This document shows, piece after piece, positions 46,801-54,387 of a stretch of 64,000 nt of DNA. Source of the stretch: Eutreptiella sp. 'Long Island Sound 2002' (Eukaryota; Protista; Euglenida); NCBI GenBank assembly GCA_964036045.1, contig OZ038379.1, positions 29,512,001 to 29,576,000 of the forward strand, written 5' to 3'. Under the pieces are notes generated by a model. It was not told the origin of the DNA. It was given only the letters and a program-made list of their open reading frames with translations, and made no database searches. Within the stretch, counting starts at the first letter, position 1. Each line of letters begins with the position of its first letter. A program made the position numbers and the translations under genes.

Positions 46801-49800
46801 GTTGAGAAATCTGGCCAGCACGGGCTGTATGACTGCAACAGCAGGGCTTGGTTTTTGATGGCAATTCTTGTTGCGGAGGGTTACACCAGTGTAGCTGACC
46901 AAAGTGTAGATGGTGGGGCACCTAGGACCATGCATTTTTGCTGTCTTAGACCCCGGACATAGACCACTGAGGTACCACCCATCCTTGACTACATTGGGAA
47001 TGCCGTGCACGCAATGCAAAATTTTGTATGTCGGCAAATACTCGAACCCTAGTTTTGGCCCCTTGGGGGAGCACCTGACGTGGCACGCGCGCAGCGCGTG
47101 CGCGGCGCGGAGATTCGGCCTTCTGGCCCACCCAAGTACCCACAGTTCCTACCCCGGGGGCCCATAGTCTAGGGATTTTAGGCCTGATCCGTGATACTCT
47201 TGAGTAAGAAACGTCGTTTGTTGTTGTTCATTGAACATCCGCGCTAGATTGGGCAAGACGAGGCGCGTAAGAAATGACGTTTGTTGCTCTTTCAAGATCC
47301 CGCCCTCGAAGCTCAGCCCCGGCACGAGGTAGCGGTTGGTGTAGGGCGAAACTTGTCGTTGGGCTGCAATATTGTCGGACCTAGCGCTCGTTTCCGTGGT
47401 GTACATCGCTGTTAAGATCCCGTGGGTACGACGGCTATCGCAATATTTGGAGGGGGCAATGGGACCACCCTTCACAAATCTATTCGCATCTTGTTGTACC
47501 TCACCCAGTTTTGTATTCGGCGCCAAGTTCGCACCCCTCGTATGGCCCTTTGCCCCATGTGCCACCTCATGTGTTGGTTGTTATCTTGTGGGCTTTGCTG
47601 CTTTGCTGTGCTAGCAGACAGGTGGCAGGTGATCTTGGGTGAGTTTCCCAGCAGGTGCATGCAGTGCGCACGCGGTGCAACAACTTGGCCAATTGAGCTC
47701 AACTGTGATATAGAGGTACCAGGGACCAGGGACCGATTGTTTTTTTGGAAATTTCGAAATGATGGGTTTGCAAATGGCCCTAACTGCACAACGACTTGAA
47801 AAAATGACCGCAAATCCGTGTTGGGGGCCCACGTTTGCACTTGTCATTAGGGACGTCTCAGCGGTGAATGCTGCGCATGTCCTCAGGTGAGATGCAGATT
47901 GACATCTTCGACACTGTGGAATCCGTCCAGGCGGCGGTGCAGCAGCTGCTGGCAAAAGCCCGGGCCAGTGGCTATGCCACCGTGTACCCGCTTGAGGAGA
48001 AGTCTCAGCAGTCTGCAATGCACGTTGGGCCTGGTTGCGGATTGCGACGTCGTGGGCCACACCAACGAAAAGTGATCATCATCAGCGGGAAACCAGGTGA
48101 GGAGGAGCTCTTGGCGGCCCAAAGATTCCGAGAGTTGATGGAAAAGGCGGATACAATCACTTTTGCGCCCACTTATGTCAAGGCTGTGGATTTGTGCACG
48201 CAGATGCTTGCGGAGAAGATGGTCTGCAAGAGCGCTGGCACAAGGCTTGGTATGCTCTGGAGAATGTGAAGGCTTGGGTAGCAGACCTGGAGTTTGTGTG
48301 TCTTCCTAAAAGCGGTGGATCTTTTGAATCCCAGCTTTCCAGTTTGTGTGCCCCATGTGTAGGCCAAAGCCCCACCAAAGCGTCCATTTGTATACAAATG
48401 AAGGCCTAATGGGTGCCTGGGTCATTGCCTACCTTGGACCTTGCATCCTCCAAGAGGGAAAAGTGTGGGAAATGTTGTCTGGAGGACCAATCAGTGGGGA
48501 GGGAATGGGGCCAAACTGGGGGGAAACAGGGGAAACAGCAGGGGAAATAGGGGAAGTTTGAGGAGTGGGACAATTTTGTATAAATGGTACTCTGTTGCCT
48601 TCGTGTGAAATGATTGACCCTTGTTCTCTCGTCCTCATGCCCAAATAGACACAAATAGACAGAAATCAACATCACAGACACAGCTTATGCATCGAAATAT
48701 GCACCAAATTATCATCTGGCTCCTAGTCCCTTTCTTGATGCTGAACAACGTATGCAGGTGGGAGTGAAACATGACCACCAAAGTTTTTTGTTCAGGAGTC
48801 AGCCATTGTGCGAGATGAGAGGCATAAGAGGATTTGCACTGATCGTTCGCCTCCTTTGCGTCCTGAGTTTCTGTCCCCTGTGAAGGTGTATCAGCCTCTT
48901 CTTCCGTTGTTCTCCTCTTCTTCCGCTGTCTTCCTCGACCTCCCATGCCCTTGAGTGCCGGGGTATTCCCCTTCCACATTCCCAATGCCTCAACTATATG
49001 TAGATCCTCCTCTCTACATCATCTTCCTCAGCATGACATTTAGGCAGTGGACGCGGCTTTGTGCGGCTATTTTTTTGTTTGTTTTTTGAGTTGGAGCTGG
49101 AGTGGAGGATCCATTTTTTTGTACCGCATGCTCTTTTCCTGAAGCCACTGCATCCCTACATCTATATTCTTCAAGATCATACTACCCCATGCCAGCCCGC
49201 AGCCCAGCATTCTCCATCCCCACCCCCCCCCCTTTCCCCCCCAGTTTTGTCCCGATCCCCCCAGTCTTCCCTGCCCCTCCCCGAATTTCCCCCGCCTTCC
49301 CTGTGTTTCCCCCTGCCCGCCCCCCCCCCTCCCCAGTGTATCCTTGCTTTTGGCGGCCAAACTCTGTTTGGCCCCGGCAAACATGGAGGCCTGACAAGGC
49401 GAAACAAGCATGCGAGTAGGTACAGGATATAATGGTGCCCAGCACAGCAGGGTAAGAGGGACACAGCATCCTAGCGCATCAGGTGAGTGTCCTCAGCTCC
49501 ACCCCAGCAGGGAGCAAGTGGCTTTTAGACACCAGATCATCAAGTGGTTGTGTTGGCTTCACCGATATGGAGGCCTACATGTTGACCTCTATGTTGACCA
49601 TCCCTCCCCACAAACTTTCCGCCTCCGATCGCTGTGAATCAGTTTCTACTAGTGCTGCCCAACCACAGTGTGAAGCTATCCTTCACCAATGGATCTTTTT
49701 CCTGCTATGGATAACCCTGAGAGACAACCTGTGACCCGTCGTGAAACAGGATCAACAAGCTGTGGGCCAAACCAGCCACCAATCTCCACTGAACGATCAT

Positions 49801-52800
49801 TCTCCGCCCGAGCCTACCTCCCCCAGCCTCTCCCAGCTTCCTTTGCGATCTCCATCAGCCACACCGACCTCACCAACCATCCAAAGCCCTCTCACAGCCC
49901 AAATATCCCTGGTGCCTTCCCAGGTCCTCCTAAACTTTCCTACCAGACTCAGAATTGGTGTTGACCCTTCTACGTGGTCACACATGTTTTCTGGGATACA
50001 CTTGCATACACACCAATATGGCAAGGCATGGACAAGGGGAGAGGAATGTTGGCCACGGCAGCAACATCAAGGGTAGGCACCCCATAAACCTTGCTGTGCA
50101 ATGAATACCCAGTCCAAGGTCCAAGGAAGACCCAGGCACCCATGAGGGGCTTTGGGGACGGGACAGGCAACAATAGAGGTCCCACACTGCTTCATGCCCC
50201 CTTCCACTGACTGTGCAATATTTGCAACTCAGGCCTAGGTTCCATTCACGACTGAGGATTTGGTGCATCCCTACCTGTTAGGTGTGTTGGTCTGGTGTGA
50301 GCAGCCATCCTCAAATGATTTTTGTGTTTTCCTAGATGACATAAGGTTGGGGGATCTAGGCACGTGCTGAGTCCGATGAATGTTTGAGGATAGGAAACTG
50401 GTTTGGTCTGTGTTAATCCAGGAAAATGCCATAGGAGGCAAGACAGCGGCAGCCGAAGAAGGTCAAATGATTCAAAGCTGATTGGGCAGAGCCTGGCAAG
50501 ACAACAGATGTCTGTCTAGCACACCACGTACACAGGGTGAGACACAGTGTTGCCCTGGCAGCGTTGCATCCAGCACTGCCTGAGTTTTGGCGCCAGGTCC
50601 TTTAGGTCCTTTTTCTTCATTACTCAGATTACCAGTCCAGAGGCAGAGCTCTGGTTGCTCCGGCAGTAGCATGCACTTATGTTCGTGTGTGCGGGCTAAA
50701 CCAGTGGCTCTGAAGGAGTTTCCATAGCAGTCGTAAGGCTGTAGGCAATGACGTGCCGCGGTTGCAGGAATGTTGCAGCTACTGGCTAAGCTGGGTTTGG
50801 GAAAACATACCATCCGTGTGTTCTTGCACACTCTTGCATTTTCCCCACATTTTTCCATTGGTGTAGATTGCATGGCAACAGTGAGCCAAAGATCAATAAG
50901 AACATTGGGGGCCGAAAGTGGCGTGAGTTTTGCTGGGGAATTGCGGCAAGCGCCACTGGGGTTTACATAATCTATGACAATGGTTGAGCGAATGGAGGAA
51001 ATGTGCAGAAATATTTGGGAACCATGATGTGTTTGTTTAAAGGGGAGGGGAAATTTTCAGGCGGGGAAAATTTCGTGGAAAGTTTTTCAGGAAGATGGTG
51101 AACCCTCCCCCCCCCCCCGAGTGGCGATCGGCCAGTAGGCGCCGCCAGCTGCAGACGAGATCATCACACCATGGCGTCATGCCAAAACCCCCCCCCCGAG
51201 ATTTTCCCAGGCGAACCAGTGCCCTTACGAAAATTTGCCCTCTCGTGTAGTCCCTTTTGCTCTTTGCAAAAAGGCTCCTGGATGCAGTATCAGAGGTCAA
51301 TATTGTTCGTTTCACTGAGCCACGAAATCCATACCTTTTTATTTGCAGGCAACATGGAGCAGCATCGCTTCTTCATCAATGGCGTGCAAGCGGATTTGAT
51401 GCCGCATCTCCGGCCCTTCTCTTTATGCAATTCTTGGAAGGCCACCAACCTCGTTTCCATGGTGCCTCCGCAAATGACCGAAGAGGACCTGGCATGTGGG
51501 CAGGAGGATTTTAAGATCCCTATTTGCAATCCTGAGGTACTTCTGATTGCTGTGCTGGCGTATGTGCCCCCATTTTTTGGCTGGGATTTCGCTGGGAATG
51601 CATCCCGACGAGTCTCTAGGTCCTGGTTGATCCGGATGAACACCAAGATTTCATTGCGGGGCTGGGAGGGTTTGAATACTGGGAGATAGAATTTCGGATC
51701 CCCACCATTCCATTCCTCAGCCCAACCGGTGCCCAAATTTTCCACGGGGCCCTCTGTCTTTTGCGATGGCTGCTGAGAGACTTGGGACTTGAGGGTAGCA
51801 AGGTTCTGCAACCACTTCTAGGGTCGCAATTGTTCCAGGAGGTCTGAAATCAAGCAGCAAGCAACAGTGTGCAGCAACAAGCAAACAACAGCTGCGATGG
51901 GAGAAAATCAGAACTCAGCCGTAGTGGCTGATTCCGCCCAAACAATGCCCTCCAGTATGGTGTTGGGTCACATACCCAAAACAACTCGTTAGTGGTGGCG
52001 GCTCCAGGTGCTGCAAGTGGAGGTGGTGGGTTCTAGAAACCGTCAAAAATGGGCACAAAATGCTGCCTTTTTTATCTGTTTTGGGTATGGGAGAGGCATT
52101 TGGTGGGTGAGTTTTTCATTGGAACTCACTGACTTGATGGAAAACCTCTTTCATTTGAAAAGTTCTTGTCTCTTGGTGATGTGTTTTCATGACCCCCCCC
52201 CCCAAAAAAAAACACTGTCCACGGGGCGCTTCAGATGACTCCAGATGCCCAAATCATCTCAAATAGAGTATCATACAATCAGTTATGCTATGCGAATGAC
52301 CCCCCAAAAAGGCGGCACATATGGCGCTTGTGCCTGTGCTTGATCTAACAACCTATCGCATGTCGAACCCATTGCAAAATCATCATTTTGGGAGACAAAA
52401 TGATGCCCCAATGAATTTTTCGATTTTGACCCCTCTACCCCCCGTACCTAGGTATCACTTTTTAGGGGGCAGGGTGCGGGGGAGTTGGCGGTCAAAACTT
52501 GGTTGGCCTTTGGCCGCCACTGTGCGTTGATTTGGACCTAGGTTCCACTCCATTTTTTTCTCTGATATGCACCCCCTGACCAGTGATGGGGGTTCTGGGT
52601 GCTATCTCGAAGTTTCCAAGATCAGCCCCCCCCATGGGCCCCACGGGTGAGGAGTTTGCAGTCTTCAGCTGTTGGTTTGGCTGAAAAATCGCAATTTCTG
52701 GGTGACCTCTGACAACTCCCAGGGACCCTTGGGCCGTTGTTGGGTGATCATTTGGTGACAATGGGAGTTACACCCTGTCTTGTTCATGTGCGATGACCGA

Positions 52801-54352
52801 TAGCGGACACATTTATTCAGGGTCTGCCTTTGCCAAAGATCATCTACTCAAGGGTATGTGTGGAGATTGGTGACGATAATGAAAGCGAGCAAGCCAGTCT
52901 GCAGCACACCCCATATGATCATTTTCACTGGGGTGACATTTGGAAAGAGGCACATGTAAAGCCGCTGGATATTAGTTTTGTGGATCCGTTTGACAAAAAT
53001 GGGCGTATACTGCACTGGTGGGTGGACAGGTGCTGATTCTTCTTGTCTTCTGTCGTTGTGCAGTCGAGCCAACCTCCCGTCGCCACACTCCGCAATTTGG
53101 TACCGGAATTGTTATTGTTCCAGCATTTATCCTCAAGATGAGTTTTTCAGCATCAACTCCATTTTCTCTCTAGTGCCAGATCTTAGTTGTAGTATCTGAA
53201 GGAGTATCAAAGCAACGCAAATGGTGCTGTGACACCATGCTTTTCTGAGTATGTTGGAACGTTTGTTTTCCCAATTTTGGTTGGAAACGCTGGCCACCTG
53301 CCATCTGTTGATCTTCATCGCCCCTTGATGCTTGGAACCCCCCTCTCTCTCTGTTTGTTTCCCCTTTTGTCTGCAATTCTCTGTTTTGTCTCTCCTGTGA
53401 CAATTGTGGGGCTATGTGTTGCCCATCTTCCTGCGCTGGTCTCACCCACCCTCAGTCCTGCAATCTCGGCACACCCTGCATCAGATGAAAAACGCCACAT
53501 GCTGTGGGCCCCATGGGATAGGGCGGATTGGGTGATCTGTACGACTGCACACAGTCGGAATAAGCCGTTATGAATTGGTTTTTGTGATTCCTCCCTTTGC
53601 TCAACTATGGCAGCTTTGGGGGCATCAAAATGATTGATGAAAAGCAACTCAACACTACTGCCAGTTTGTCGAAGTAGCGAGGCGACTCCAACTCATATGT
53701 GTACACCCATCCACAGGCTGGTAAGGAGGGCAATGCAGACAACTGTTGTGTGCCATGGATGGTGTCATTCGAGGAGTCCTCCCCCTTGGTCTGCGCTTGG
53801 GTCCTCCACACTCAACACGGTGGCAGGGCTGATTGGACATGCTACTTGCAGTTGCTTTGTCCAGTGGAGTCTGCCCATTCTGTCCGGTGTGCCGCCCATA
53901 TATGCCCACCTTCGAGTTCTCAATGGGATTTGAAATGTGAACATTTGATGAAATCTAAGGCCCCAAAGCGCCGCACAGGAATTCGGCTTTTCCTGGTTCG
54001 TCCAGTCGTGTCGGATGCTATCCTCATGTTGTGTGGGATGTCAATGTTCTGTCATTTCTTCAGTGTAGGTGGTTCTTGGGCGCTGGTAACGCATAATTTG
54101 ACTGAAGTGTGTGTATTAATTTGTTCAACTGCTAAAGCTGTGGGGGATCATGCCGGCAGACTGATGTGTGTGTGTGTGTGTGTGTCTGTGTGTGTCTTTC
54201 TGAGTGTCTGTTTTTTTTTTCGAAAGGCGCCTAGCCACATGACATTATTTCTAATAGCCCAACGAAGAGTCTTCACGTCCAGGCCCAGTGTTTTGTCATG
54301 CCATCCGCAGGGCGTTGGTCGGCTGTTGGTGTGTCTGCATAGTGTGTGTGTG

Positions 54353-54387
<35 letters not shown>

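Noticed and set aside
48600-50900. Scattered coding-like fragments in the intron (also 38.8-40.5, 53.1-53.9 and 60.4-61.4 kb)
   Set aside because: Interrupted by stops and frameshifts, with no motif I can name; probably old TE debris.
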